This document shows, piece after piece, positions 1 to 9,446 of a DNA stretch of 64,000 nt (the stretch's first letter is position 1; each line of letters opens with the position of its first letter). The position numbers and the translations under genes were made by a program. The stretch is from Bacteroidales bacterium UBA6431 (GTDB lineage: Bacteria > Bacteroidota > Bacteroidia > Bacteroidales > UBA932). Where the stretch lies: contig DJOT01000021.1 in assembly GCA_002439095.1 (NCBI GenBank), positions 55,282 through 119,281 of the forward strand, in the 5' to 3' direction. The notes below the pieces were generated by a model. It made no database searches and was not told the origin of the DNA. It saw nothing but the letters and a program-made list of their open reading frames with translations.

Positions 1-2
1 AG

Positions 3-887
3 AAAGTCACCGGAGGCATGGAGGCTGACAACCTTGAGGTGAAGAGCATGGGCCAGGACTGGGAGGGATTCCAGGAGGCTGTGCAGAAGTCAAACATCTC
101 CGACAAGGATCTTATCCTCCGCGTCCTTTCAATGTACAGCGATCCAGCAGTACGTGAGAGCGAGATAAGGAACATGTCTCAGGTATACACCGAAATCAAC
201 AAGAACGTCTTCCCTGAGCTCCGTCGTGCACGCTTCATAGCCGATGTTGACTACAAGAACTTCTCGGAGGCTGAGCTTGAGGAACTTTCCCGCAAGGCCA
301 TCGATGTCCTCGACGAGGAGGCTCTCCTGAGGGTTGCCGCAAAGTCTGACGACGCTGCCCGCAAGGCTGAGCTTTACAAGATTGCTGTCAAGAAGTTCGG
401 CTCAGACAGGGCCAACTTCAACCTCGCCGTGCTTTCTCTCAATGAGGGCAAAGTTGACGATGCCGCCAAGTATCTCGACGCTGTCAAGGATCAGGATGCG
501 GATGTGGTCAACGCCAAGGGTGTATGCGAGCTCCGCAAGGGCAACTATGACGCTGCCGCCAAGCTCTTCAAGCAGTCTGGCACCACAGAGGCCAAGGCAA
601 ACCTCGGCACTGTTGATCTTCTCAAGGGCAATTACTCTCAGGCTGCTGCAGAGCTTGATGGTACCGGCAGCCACAACACTGCTGTTGCCTACATCCTTGC
701 TGGCCAGCTTGACAAGGCTTCTGCCGCCATCACCTGCAACTGCCCGAGGAGCAACTATCTGCGCGCCATCATCGCCGCACGCAAGGGCAACGCATCCGAC
801 GTGGCCAAGTATCTTGAGGTCGCAAAGAAGAACCCTGCATTCAAGGCCCGTGCCGAGAAGGATGTCGAGTTTGCGAACTACAGATAG
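3..887 (+). CDS. Tetratricopeptide-repeat protein, 5'-truncated by window edge
   Basis: Frame is open from the window start; Ala-rich helical TPR-like repeats (ANFNLAVL, VVNAKGVC, AKANLGTV). Confidence 0.75.
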   Translation, partial: KVTGGMEADNLEVKSMGQDWEGFQEAVQKSNISDKDLILRVLSMYSDPAVRESEIRNMSQVYTEINKNVFPELRRARFIADVDYKNFSEAELEELSRKAIDVLDEEALLRVAAKSDDAARKAELYKIAVKKFGSDRANFNLAVLSLNEGKVDDAAKYLDAVKDQDADVVNAKGVCELRKGNYDAAAKLFKQSGTTEAKANLGTVDLLKGNYSQAAAELDGTGSHNTAVAYILAGQLDKASAAITCNCPRSNYLRAIIAARKGNASDVAKYLEVAKKNPAFKARAEKDVEFANYR

Positions 888-905
888 TCAAGTTGTGAGA
901 TATTT

Positions 906-936
906 TTTGCAAATAGTTTAAATTTGCGTATATTTG
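906..936 (+). promoter_or_regulatory. Bacteroidota sigma-A promoter of the str operon
   Basis: TTTG (906-909), 19-nt spacer, TATATTTG (929-936) match the -33/-7 consensus. Confidence 0.75.
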
Positions 937-937
937 C

Positions 938-970
938 AGCCCCCGATTTTACCGGGGGCTTTTATAATTT
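938..970 (+). terminator. Terminator-like hairpin upstream of rpsL
   Basis: AGCCCCCG-ATTTTAC-CGGGGGCT followed by a T-rich tract. Confidence 0.55.
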
Positions 971-986
971 TTGTTAACAACCATTT

Positions 987-1358
987 ATGCCAACAATTCA
1001 ACAATTGGTTCGCAAAGGACGCGAGGTTATTGAAGTGAAATCAAAATCTCGTGCGTTGGATGCTTGCCCTCAGAAGCGTGGCGTATGCCTCAGGGTCTAT
1101 ACTACGACCCCGAAGAAACCTAACTCAGCGATGCGTAAGGTTGCCCGTGTACGTCTCACGAATTCAAAAGAGGTCAATGCCTACATCCCTGGCGAGGGCC
1201 ACAACCTCCAGGAGCACTCAATCGTGCTCGTCCGCGGCGGTCGTGTAAAGGACCTTCCAGGTGTACGTTACCACATCCTTAGAGGAGCTTTGGATACCGC
1301 CGGCGTTGAAGGACGTACTCAGTCACGTTCTCTCTACGGTGCCAAGAGACCAAAGTAA
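987..1358 (+). CDS. rpsL: 30S ribosomal protein S12
   Basis: [10 protein letters not shown]...[13 protein letters not shown]...[12 protein letters not shown]. Confidence 0.99.
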   Translation: MPTIQQLVRKGREVIEVKSKSRALDACPQKRGVCLRVYTTTPKKPNSAMRKVARVRLTNSKEVNAYIPGEGHNLQEHSIVLVRGGRVKDLPGVRYHILRGALDTAGVEGRTQSRSLYGAKRPK

Positions 1359-1397
1359 TTGCCTGAAGGATGGTTTAATTATTAATTTTTTCAAGTA

Positions 1398-1874
1398 ATG
1401 AGAAAAGCAAAGCCTAAGAAGAGGATTCTACTTCCTGATCCTAAGTTCCACGACACGCAGGTTACACGTTTCGTGAACAATCTTATGTTGCAGGGAAAGA
1501 AGAGTATCGCGTATTCTATTTTTTACGATGCCATTGACATGGTAGGCGAGAAGATGAAAGATTCTGACAAGGCTCCTTTAGATATTTGGAGGAAGGCTCT
1601 CGAGAACGTGACCCCTCAGATTGAGGTGAAGTCACGCCGTATCGGCGGTGCCAACTTCCAGGTGCCTACTGAGTTGCGCCCGGAGAGGAAGATTTCGCTT
1701 TCTATGAAGAATATGATAGCCTTCGCCCGCAAGCGTTCCGGCCATTCCATGGCCGAGAAGCTCTGTGCAGAGATTGTTGCCGCTTACAACAATGAAGGTG
1801 GTGCATTCAAGCGCAAGGAGGATATGCACAAAATGGCGGAAGCCAACAAGGCATTCGCACACTTTCGTTTTTAG
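1398..1874 (+). CDS. rpsG: 30S ribosomal protein S7
   Basis: [15 protein letters not shown] and [15 protein letters not shown]; follows rpsL. Confidence 0.99.
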   Translation: MRKAKPKKRILLPDPKFHDTQVTRFVNNLMLQGKKSIAYSIFYDAIDMVGEKMKDSDKAPLDIWRKALENVTPQIEVKSRRIGGANFQVPTELRPERKISLSMKNMIAFARKRSGHSMAEKLCAEIVAAYNNEGGAFKRKEDMHKMAEANKAFAHFRF

Positions 1875-1887
1875 TTGATGACGTCAG

Positions 1888-4005
1888 ATGGCAAAAAGAG
1901 ATCTTAACTATACAAGGAACATCGGCATCATGGCCCACATCGATGCCGGCAAGACGACCACGTCGGAGCGTATCCTCTACTACACCGGCAAGACACACAA
2001 GATCGGTGAGGTTCATGAGGGTGCCGCGACAATGGACTGGATGGTTCAGGAGCAGGAGAGGGGTATCACCATCACCTCTGCCGCCACCACAGCATTTTGG
2101 CACTACAACGGACACGTCTATCAGATCAACCTGATCGATACTCCGGGCCACGTTGACTTCACTGTCGAGGTTGAGCGTTCACTGCGTGTTCTTGACGGTA
2201 CTGTGGCTACTTTCTGCGCTGTCGGCAGGGTGCAGCCTCAGTCTGAGACCGTATGGCGTCAGGCGGACAAGTACCGTGTTCCGAAGATTGCCTATGTCAA
2301 CAAGATGGACCGTGTCGGTGCAGACTTTTTGGCCTGCGTCGAGGAGATCAAGACCAAGCTCGGTGCTACCGCTGTTCCAATCTGTCTCCCTATCGGTTCT
2401 GAAGAGAAATTCCAAGGTATCGTTGACCTTATTGCCAAGAAGGCTATCATATATGATTCCGGCGAGGAGCTTGTGAATTACAAGTTCGAGGAGATTCCTG
2501 CCGATATGCAGGATGCCGTCGCCCTTTGGAGAGACAAACTCGTCGAGGCTGCCGCCGAATGTGACGAGGCTCTGATGGACAAATATTTCGAGGATCCGGA
2601 GTCTATTACTGACGATGAGCTCATCGCTGCTCTCCGCAAAGGGACCATCGCCATGCAGATCGTACCTGCATGCTGTGGCTCATCATTCAAGAACAAGGGT
2701 GTACAGTTCCTTCTCGATGCGGTTATGCGCTATCTTCCGTCTCCTCTTGACATCGGTGACACCAAGGCTACCGATCTCAACACTGGCGAGGAAGTTGATC
2801 TTAAGCCGTCTCCGGACGCTCCGTTCTGCGGACTCGTATTCAAGATTGCTACAGATCCGTTTGTCGGCCGTCTGGCTTATGTGAGGGCTTATTCCGGTCA
2901 TCTTGATGCCGGCTCTTATGTGCTCAACACACGCTCCGGCAAGAAGGAAAGAGTTGCCCGTCTGTATCAGATGCACTCCAATCATCAGAACCCTATCGAG
3001 TTTGTTGAAGCTGGAGATATCTGTGCAGCTGTAGGTTTCAAGGATCTCCGTACAGGTGACACCATCTGCGCCGAGAACTGCAAATTCGCTCTTGAGTCTA
3101 TGGAGTTCCCTGATCCGGTTATCGGTATCGCCGTGGAGCCTAAGACCCAGAAGGATCTTGACAAACTCGGCATGGCGCTTGCTAAACTTGCCGAAGAAGA
3201 TCCTACTTTCACCGTAAAGACTGACCCTGACACAGGTCAGACCGTCATCAGCGGTATGGGTGAGCTTCACCTTGACATCATCGTGGATCGTCTCCGCCGT
3301 GAGTTCGGTGTAGAGATCAACCAAGGCGCTCCTCAGGTCAACTACAAAGAGGCTGTCACCACATCTGTCCAGCATCGTGAGGTGTTCAAGAAGCAGACTG
3401 GTGGTCGAGGCAAGTTCGCCGATATCATCGTCGAGATCGGACCTGCCGATGAGGGCAAGACCGGACTTCAGTTCGAGAATGTCGTCAAGGGCGGTAACAT
3501 TCCTAAGGAATTCATCCCTTGCGTACAGAAGGGCTTCGAGGCTGCCATGGCCAACGGTGTACTTGCCGGCTATGAGGTTCCTTCTCTCAAGGTTACTCTT
3601 ATCGACGGTTCTTTCCACCCTGTGGACTCCGATCAGCTGTCATTTGAACTTGCGGCCCGCATGGCTTTCCGTCACGCCTGCCCTAAGTGCCATCCGGTCC
3701 TTCTCGAGCCTATCATGCACCTTGAGGTTGTGACCCCTGAGGACTATATGGGTGAGATTGTCGGTGACCTCAACCGTCGCCGCGGACAGATTGTCGCTAT
3801 GGACACGACTTCAAATGGTGCCCGTATCGTCAAGGCTTATGTTCCTCTTTCCGAGCAGTTCGGTTATGTGACTGTACTCCGTACCCTGTCTTCAGGACGT
3901 GCCACCAGCACCATGTCATTCGACCACTACGCTGAAGTCCCTGCCTCCATGGCCAAGGACATCATCGAGAAGAGCGGCTACAAGCTCCCGTCCGACGACG
4001 AATAA
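1888..4005 (+). CDS. fusA: Elongation factor G
   Basis: [36 protein letters not shown]; 705 aa. Confidence 0.99.
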   Translation: MAKRDLNYTRNIGIMAHIDAGKTTTSERILYYTGKTHKIGEVHEGAATMDWMVQEQERGITITSAATTAFWHYNGHVYQINLIDTPGHVDFTVEVERSLRVLDGTVATFCAVGRVQPQSETVWRQADKYRVPKIAYVNKMDRVGADFLACVEEIKTKLGATAVPICLPIGSEEKFQGIVDLIAKKAIIYDSGEELVNYKFEEIPADMQDAVALWRDKLVEAAAECDEALMDKYFEDPESITDDELIAALRKGTIAMQIVPACCGSSFKNKGVQFLLDAVMRYLPSPLDIGDTKATDLNTGEEVDLKPSPDAPFCGLVFKIATDPFVGRLAYVRAYSGHLDAGSYVLNTRSGKKERVARLYQMHSNHQNPIEFVEAGDICAAVGFKDLRTGDTICAENCKFALESMEFPDPVIGIAVEPKTQKDLDKLGMALAKLAEEDPTFTVKTDPDTGQTVISGMGELHLDIIVDRLRREFGVEINQGAPQVNYKEAVTTSVQHREVFKKQTGGRGKFADIIVEIGPADEGKTGLQFENVVKGGNIPKEFIPCVQKGFEAAMANGVLAGYEVPSLKVTLIDGSFHPVDSDQLSFELAARMAFRHACPKCHPVLLEPIMHLEVVTPEDYMGEIVGDLNRRRGQIVAMDTTSNGARIVKAYVPLSEQFGYVTVLRTLSSGRATSTMSFDHYAEVPASMAKDIIEKSGYKLPSDDE

Positions 4006-4029
4006 TTAACGAAAAAAGATCATTTCAAT

Positions 4030-4335
4030 ATGAGCCAGAAAATTAGAATTAAACTCAAGTCTTTCGATCACATGCTTGTGGACAAGTCCGCAGCCAAGAT
4101 CGTGGAGACAGTGAAGGCCACAGGCGCGAAGGTGAATGGTCCTATTCCTCTTCCGACCAACAAGAAGATCTTCACGGTCAACCGCTCCACTTTCGTCAAC
4201 AAGAAAGCTCGTGAGCAGTTTGAGCTCGATTCTTACCGCAGGCTTCTCGACATCGAAGAGTCCAACGCCAAGACTGTTGACGCTCTTATGAAGCTCGAAC
4301 TGCCTTCAGGTGTAGAAGTAGAGATCAAAGTCTGA
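4030..4335 (+). CDS. rpsJ: 30S ribosomal protein S10
   Basis: [10 protein letters not shown]...GPIPLPT...REQFE...[13 protein letters not shown]. Confidence 0.99.
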   Translation: MSQKIRIKLKSFDHMLVDKSAAKIVETVKATGAKVNGPIPLPTNKKIFTVNRSTFVNKKAREQFELDSYRRLLDIEESNAKTVDALMKLELPSGVEVEIKV

Positions 4336-4362
4336 TATCAGGCGGTATCAAGACCGCCTACC

Positions 4363-4436
4363 GGTCCCTTAGCTCAGTTGGTTAGAGCACCTGACTCATA
4401 ATCAGGGAGTCGCAGGATCATGCCCTGCAGGGACCA
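4363..4436 (+). tRNA. tRNA with CAT anticodon, most likely tRNA-Ile2 (lysidine) rather than Met
   Basis: Acceptor stem GGTCCCT/AGGGACC, D-arm AGCTCAGTTGGTTAGAGC, anticodon arm CCTGA-CTCATAA-TCAGG; paired 1-72 and no GGG/CCC anticodon stem, so not an initiator; atypical T-loop ATCATGC. Confidence 0.9.
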
Positions 4437-4442
4437 CAACTT

Positions 4443-4480
4443 CGCTGCGGCACTTCTCAAGAGTTGCCGCAGCGTTGTCG
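4443..4480 (+). terminator. Hairpin after tRNA(CAT)
   Basis: CGCTGCGGCA...TGCCGCAGCG stem; weak T tail. Confidence 0.55.
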
Positions 4481-4582
4481 TATATAAGAATCATGTTTTT
4501 CCGGGTAACTTGCATATTCTAAAATGATTCTGTACATTAGTGGAACGTATTGAAGAGTGATGAACATTTAATGATAACCTAT

Positions 4583-6610
4583 ATGAGATTTCCACAGAAT
4601 CCTATCTTCGCATTGGCCGCATCTGCTGCGCTGATTCTTGTTTCCTGCGAAAAGAACCTCGATTCTATCAGCGAGAATTTTCCTGCGGACGGAGTCGTCA
4701 GGATTGACGCCTCTGTAAGTGGACTGATGACCAAAGCCGATTTGCCTTATAGCGGATATACCGGTAGCGATCTTGGGCTGTTTGTTGATTACGGTAACGG
4801 CGATAATTATAGCAAGGACAATGTCCGCTGGGTTAACAATAGCGGCACATGGACTCCTGAGAGCCAGGTCCTCTGGAAGAATGCGAAAAGTCCGGTCGGC
4901 ATATTCGCCTATGCTCCGCACATCAGCGGGGCGGATGATCATACAGGTGTCGAGTTCTCCATCCCTTCGAATCAGACTGGTGGCACTTCCTCCGCTGATT
5001 TCCTTTGGTGCAGCATGCCCGGTTTTGTCCCTGCCGATGGCCTGGACAACAAGAAACTGAACATAAATTTCAGCCATGTGCTGGTGAAGCTGAAAGTCAA
5101 TCTTACTTTTGGAAATGAGTTCGGTGACTCGCATTCTGTCAAGGATGTGGTGTTGAACGGGACTTCGAGCAAGATAAAATGTGACCTTGCTGGCAGTACG
5201 GTCTCTGATCTGGATCAGTCGTCCTCCAATGACATATCAATGTGCAATACGTCAGACTATGTTTACGAGGCCATATTCTTCCCGGGTAAAGGACAGAAAA
5301 GCGGAGCGCGGATGCTTACGGTCGTGATGTCCGACAGCAAGGCGTACAATGTCACTCTTGACAGTGGCTTGGAGCTAAACAGTGGTTACGCTTATACCAT
5401 GAATGTCAAGGTGGGAAAGGATAAAACAGAGGCTGGAAGCGTCAATGTCATGGAATGGCAGCCGGAGAAAGAGTTGGGCGAGAAGGAAAGCTATATTGAA
5501 GACTATTCTGTCTGGGACGGAACATCCACAGAATCTATCACAAATGGAACCGGTTCGGAGTCTGACCCGTACCTCATAGAGTCGGCCGCACAATTGGCAG
5601 GTCTAGCATATAATATCAATAATAATGATAATTATGAATATAAGGGCAAGTACTTTAAGTTGATGAAAGACATAGACCTTGCAAGTAAGCCGTGGACACC
5701 TATCGGTAACAATACTCATTTCCCTCATCTGCGTCTGGACGGAAACGGAAAGAGCATCATCAATCTGAAGGTGGATGCGAGCGATGGATATGCAGGTCTG
5801 TTCTATTGGCTTAGCGGTACAAGCTCCACAGAAAAATCGCTTGTAAGGAATCTTACCATAAGGAACGCTGATGTTAAAACCGGAGGCCGTGATGCCGGGG
5901 TCATTGTCGGCTTTACTTCATTCCTCGACATTATCGATTGCAGGGTTGATGGATCAGTGACAAGCGCGTATTGTGCAGGAGGAATCGTAGGCTCCGGTGA
6001 TCCAAGCATAATAAATTGTCGCGCAGATGTCAATGTGACAGTCAATGCTCCGGCATCAACTTCGAAGTCTTCAGTGGCAGCGGGAGGGTTGATAGGGGAC
6101 ATCTCTTTTAATAATGAGCATGATAATACTATAACCAATTGTACCGTCAGAGGCACTGTTACAGTGAGCAATCAGGATCCGTCAGAGAGCGTGAACGACT
6201 TCCATGCTGGTGGCGTGGCTGGACTTGCGTTTGCAAATGTCATGGACTGTACGTCCTATGCCGAGATCTATTCCACGTCTGAAAATGAGGTGCATGTCGG
6301 AGGCCTTGTAGGTACTGTCGGAGCCGGCAGCAAGATCACGAACAGCTCCGCCTATGGCACTGTACATGGGAAGAAAAACAATTTTGTCGGTGGTGCATAC
6401 GGCTATGCCGTAGGTAGTCACGAGAGAGTCCATTTCGGTGGCAAGATAGAGAACATCCCGGATGTCGGAACAGGAGCCGTGGGCATCTTCATCGGCCATG
6501 CCGACGGAGTCTTCCAGACAAAGAACTGCTCCTACAGCAACGTCGATGGCTCATTCCCTGTCATCGGCAAGGATGAAAGCAAAGGCGCCCAGGACATCAA
6601 GAAGAAATAG
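4583..6610 (+). CDS. Fimbrillin (Mfa-like) lipoprotein with C-terminal GLUG-type beta-helix region
   Basis: Lipobox LVSC, propeptide ending MTKA, FAYAP and ADFLW fimbrillin motifs, LNINFSHVLVKL; then WDG...GSESDPYLIESAAQLAGLA, WTPIG and repeated GG(I/L)VG motifs. ATG 4583 preferred over TTG 4550. Confidence 0.8.
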   Translation: MRFPQNPIFALAASAALILVSCEKNLDSISENFPADGVVRIDASVSGLMTKADLPYSGYTGSDLGLFVDYGNGDNYSKDNVRWVNNSGTWTPESQVLWKNAKSPVGIFAYAPHISGADDHTGVEFSIPSNQTGGTSSADFLWCSMPGFVPADGLDNKKLNINFSHVLVKLKVNLTFGNEFGDSHSVKDVVLNGTSSKIKCDLAGSTVSDLDQSSSNDISMCNTSDYVYEAIFFPGKGQKSGARMLTVVMSDSKAYNVTLDSGLELNSGYAYTMNVKVGKDKTEAGSVNVMEWQPEKELGEKESYIEDYSVWDGTSTESITNGTGSESDPYLIESAAQLAGLAYNINNNDNYEYKGKYFKLMKDIDLASKPWTPIGNNTHFPHLRLDGNGKSIINLKVDASDGYAGLFYWLSGTSSTEKSLVRNLTIRNADVKTGGRDAGVIVGFTSFLDIIDCRVDGSVTSAYCAGGIVGSGDPSIINCRADVNVTVNAPASTSKSSVAAGGLIGDISFNNEHDNTITNCTVRGTVTVSNQDPSESVNDFHAGGVAGLAFANVMDCTSYAEIYSTSENEVHVGGLVGTVGAGSKITNSSAYGTVHGKKNNFVGGAYGYAVGSHERVHFGGKIENIPDVGTGAVGIFIGHADGVFQTKNCSYSNVDGSFPVIGKDESKGAQDIKKK

Positions 6611-6625
6611 AGCGTCAAGGAACTT

Positions 6626-9190
6626 TCATTCCTTTTGGTATTCCGATTCGTCCATCATCAGGTAGGAGTCCTCGTAGCCACCGTAATCGACGATTATTTT
6701 CTCGAAGACGATTCCTTCGTCAAGCGGCCTGATGCAGAGTTCGGCGAGCCCGTCAGGTCCTGTTGTAACAGGCAGGGTGACGGTGTCAACCTTCACTCTC
6801 CTTGCCACGGTAGGGTAGTATATGCTGTAGATGTTTTCAGGATTCTCATTGAGCCGTTCGTTGAATTTCACTTCTTTTGAGGCGCTGCCTTGGAATCCGG
6901 CTTCGTATCTGTGTGGGGTGCCTTTGAATGCGAGGGTCGTTTTCACGGCTATGTGTACCTTGACTTCATTTGTTCCTTCCGGCAGCCGCAGCCTGTATCG
7001 CAGTTCCGCGCCTTCTGCCGGCTGTGTATATGGCATCAGCGCCACCCCGCTCAGGGTCCTGCCCATGTACGGTATTACTGTCCATTCTGTGCCCGTTGTG
7101 GCGGTGGCACTATAATAGTGCTCGGCCTCCATCGCGGTGTATCCGGTGCCTGTCAGGCCGAAGCTGAATCCTCCCGGAGTGCCTGCGTCCATGCGCTTGA
7201 CTTCAGGCATCGTGTTGGCGGGGAAGTCGTCATTCCAGTTCGTGTAGCCTATGTGCTTCTGGGTCATCATACCGTCCCATTTTCCCCCGGACATCACCTT
7301 GTTGTAGTCGTGTTCCAGTTCGGCGTCGCGCTTGAAACAGGCTTCCACCTTGTCCGCCCAGATGTTGGCTGCCGGGTCACCGTGCTCGTAGAGGTAGCGG
7401 TTCATAGCTTGGGCGTAGTACATTTCATATATGTTGCTCATGGCCTGGACCGGGAAGAGAATGAGCTGCTTGTAGGCATCGCGGTATTGAGGCTTGAGCG
7501 AGAGATACTGTCTGAGCGCGTCGGTCTCAAGGCCCTTGAATTCGTCTGTGACCTGCTTGAACTCCCCTGTCTTGAGGTTATAGGTCCTGCTGTCCAGCAT
7601 CTCGGCAGTGATCCGCCCCGCATACTTGCTGTAGAGGTTGAGTATCCGGGCCGCCTCCTCTGCCTGGGCGTCTCCGAACTGCTGGCGGCAGAACTCTACT
7701 GTATGGTCGAGAAGGTTGGCGGCGGAGAATTTCTCCGGATTGCGGGCGATGTCCATGTATAGCGTGATAGGGTATTCCATCGGTTTGAGGTCTCCGACAT
7801 TCAGCACCCAAAGCCTGTCCACACCGTAGCCGTATGCGAGCTGCAGCTGTTCCCATAGATTCTGTATCGGGGTGACATTGAGCCATTTGCTGTTGCGCGG
7901 CGCGCCCACGTAGTCGACGTGGTAGTACAGGCCCCAACCGCCGCTGCGTTTCCTCTCTTCGGCGTTCGGGAGCTTGCGGACATCGCCCCAGTTGTCGTCT
8001 GACACGAGGATTGTCACATCGTCGGGGACACGCAGCCCTTTGTCGTAGTAGCTCTGGACTTCTTTGTACAGGGCCCAGAGCTGTGGACGTTCGCTTGCCG
8101 GCCGTCCGGTCTCTTTGGCGATGATTTTCCGCTGGTTGGCTATGATGCGCTCAAGGAGGGCTATGGTCTCCTCGTCCCGCGGCACATATTCGTCATCGTG
8201 CCCGACCCTGCCTCCCATCGGCGCGTCACCGTCTCCGCGCATGCCGATGGTGATGATGTCTTCAGTGTTCTTTGCGCGCCGGATGCCTTCGCGGAAGAAA
8301 CGGTCAAGTGCCTTCTGGTTGGTCTCGTAGTCCCACGGTCCGTCTGCGCCATGGCGCCTTACCCATTCCTGATGGTTGCGGGCCATCGGCTCGTGGTGAG
8401 ATGTCCCCATTATGACGCCCATCTCATCGGCTGTCTTGCTATTGAGCGGGTCGTCCGCGTAGAAGGACCAGCCCCACATTGCAGGCCAGAGATAGTTGCC
8501 TCTCAGGCGGAGGATGAGTTCGAATACGCGCGCGTAGAACTCGTGCCCGCCGTAGTCCGTCCCGTAGGTGTTTCTGACCCAGGAGGTGAGGCAGGGTGCT
8601 TCATCGTTGAGGAAGAGGCCGCGGTATCTGACGGCCGGTTCGTCCACTGTCCAGGTGCCACGCTTTATGGAGAGGTTGTCGTGATGCTCGATGGGGACAT
8701 CGGCCCAGTCATACCAAGGGGACACCCCGATCTGTTCGGAGAGTTCGTAGATGCCGTAGATTGTGCCGCGTTTGTCGCTTCCGGCTATCACGAGGGCTTC
8801 ATTGGCCTGCTCGACTGGATTTTTGACCGTGGTGATGATGTATGTCTCGCGCTTGCCCTTGATGGCGCTGATGTCCAGTTTGCCCGAAGAGACGAGGTCC
8901 TTGATGAGTTTGCTGCCTGCGGAGCCGATGATGATGGCGTTGTTGCCGGGTGTCATTACGAACGGGGGCTCGGTGCCGCAGACCCGTCCGAAATCTTTAC
9001 GCAGATTACGCACTGCGATCTGTATGCCTTCGTAGTCGTTCTTGTCGTATATGATTGGTAGCGGCGTGCCCTCCTCTATGAGGGTGAAACGTGCGCCGTT
9101 CAGTTCCGGGAAGGTGAGTCCATCGTGGTCTTTGGCGCTTACGGGCAGGCTCAATGCCAGCAGGGCTGTCAGAATTAGTGTTCTTTTCAT
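6626..9190 (-). CDS. GH115 alpha-glucuronidase, secreted
   Basis: IAGSDKRGTIYGIYELSEQIGVSPW, YRGLFLNDEAP, MGTSHHEPMAR, GMRGDGD, NVGDLKPME. Confidence 0.93.
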   Translation of the reverse strand: MKRTLILTALLALSLPVSAKDHDGLTFPELNGARFTLIEEGTPLPIIYDKNDYEGIQIAVRNLRKDFGRVCGTEPPFVMTPGNNAIIIGSAGSKLIKDLVSSGKLDISAIKGKRETYIITTVKNPVEQANEALVIAGSDKRGTIYGIYELSEQIGVSPWYDWADVPIEHHDNLSIKRGTWTVDEPAVRYRGLFLNDEAPCLTSWVRNTYGTDYGGHEFYARVFELILRLRGNYLWPAMWGWSFYADDPLNSKTADEMGVIMGTSHHEPMARNHQEWVRRHGADGPWDYETNQKALDRFFREGIRRAKNTEDIITIGMRGDGDAPMGGRVGHDDEYVPRDEETIALLERIIANQRKIIAKETGRPASERPQLWALYKEVQSYYDKGLRVPDDVTILVSDDNWGDVRKLPNAEERKRSGGWGLYYHVDYVGAPRNSKWLNVTPIQNLWEQLQLAYGYGVDRLWVLNVGDLKPMEYPITLYMDIARNPEKFSAANLLDHTVEFCRQQFGDAQAEEAARILNLYSKYAGRITAEMLDSRTYNLKTGEFKQVTDEFKGLETDALRQYLSLKPQYRDAYKQLILFPVQAMSNIYEMYYAQAMNRYLYEHGDPAANIWADKVEACFKRDAELEHDYNKVMSGGKWDGMMTQKHIGYTNWNDDFPANTMPEVKRMDAGTPGGFSFGLTGTGYTAMEAEHYYSATATTGTEWTVIPYMGRTLSGVALMPYTQPAEGAELRYRLRLPEGTNEVKVHIAVKTTLAFKGTPHRYEAGFQGSASKEVKFNERLNENPENIYSIYYPTVARRVKVDTVTLPVTTGPDGLAELCIRPLDEGIVFEKIIVDYGGYEDSYLMMDESEYQKE

Positions 9191-9260
9191 GTGCAGTTTT
9201 GTGTTTGTAGTGTGTAAGATACGGATTTTTTGCCTGCCTTGTCGGGGCCCCGTCTGCCCC

Positions 9261-9372
9261 GTTGTAAAGATATTTTACATCTGTTGTAAAGATTCTTTAC
9301 ATCACGAAAGTAGTGCCGATAATGCTAAACTATTTAAAACAAGCGATTTATGTGTGTTGGCACGAAGAGTGT
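9261..9372 (+). promoter_or_regulatory. Putative sigma54 promoter with two upstream enhancer palindromes
   Basis: TGTAAA-N5-TTTACA at 9263-9279 and 9285-9301 (22-bp period); TTGGCACG at 9357-9364 (-24 box), weak -12 box GTGT. Confidence 0.6.
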
Positions 9373-9446
9373 TTATTTGTCCGTGTCCCCGTGCAGGTCA
9401 TCCTTGCGCGGTGCACAAAAGGAACAAGAACAAACAAATACGCAAC

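Noticed and set aside
4437..6625. Island integrated at tRNA(CAT) carrying the fimbrillin gene
   Set aside because: No duplicated tRNA 3' end or integrase found downstream
9042..9446. Long N-terminal extensions in the ORF track (ABC ATPase, mreB, ispD, ddl, feoB, PBP1A, M16)
   Set aside because: They overlap neighbours, promoters or a tRNA; recognisable sequence begins at downstream ATGs
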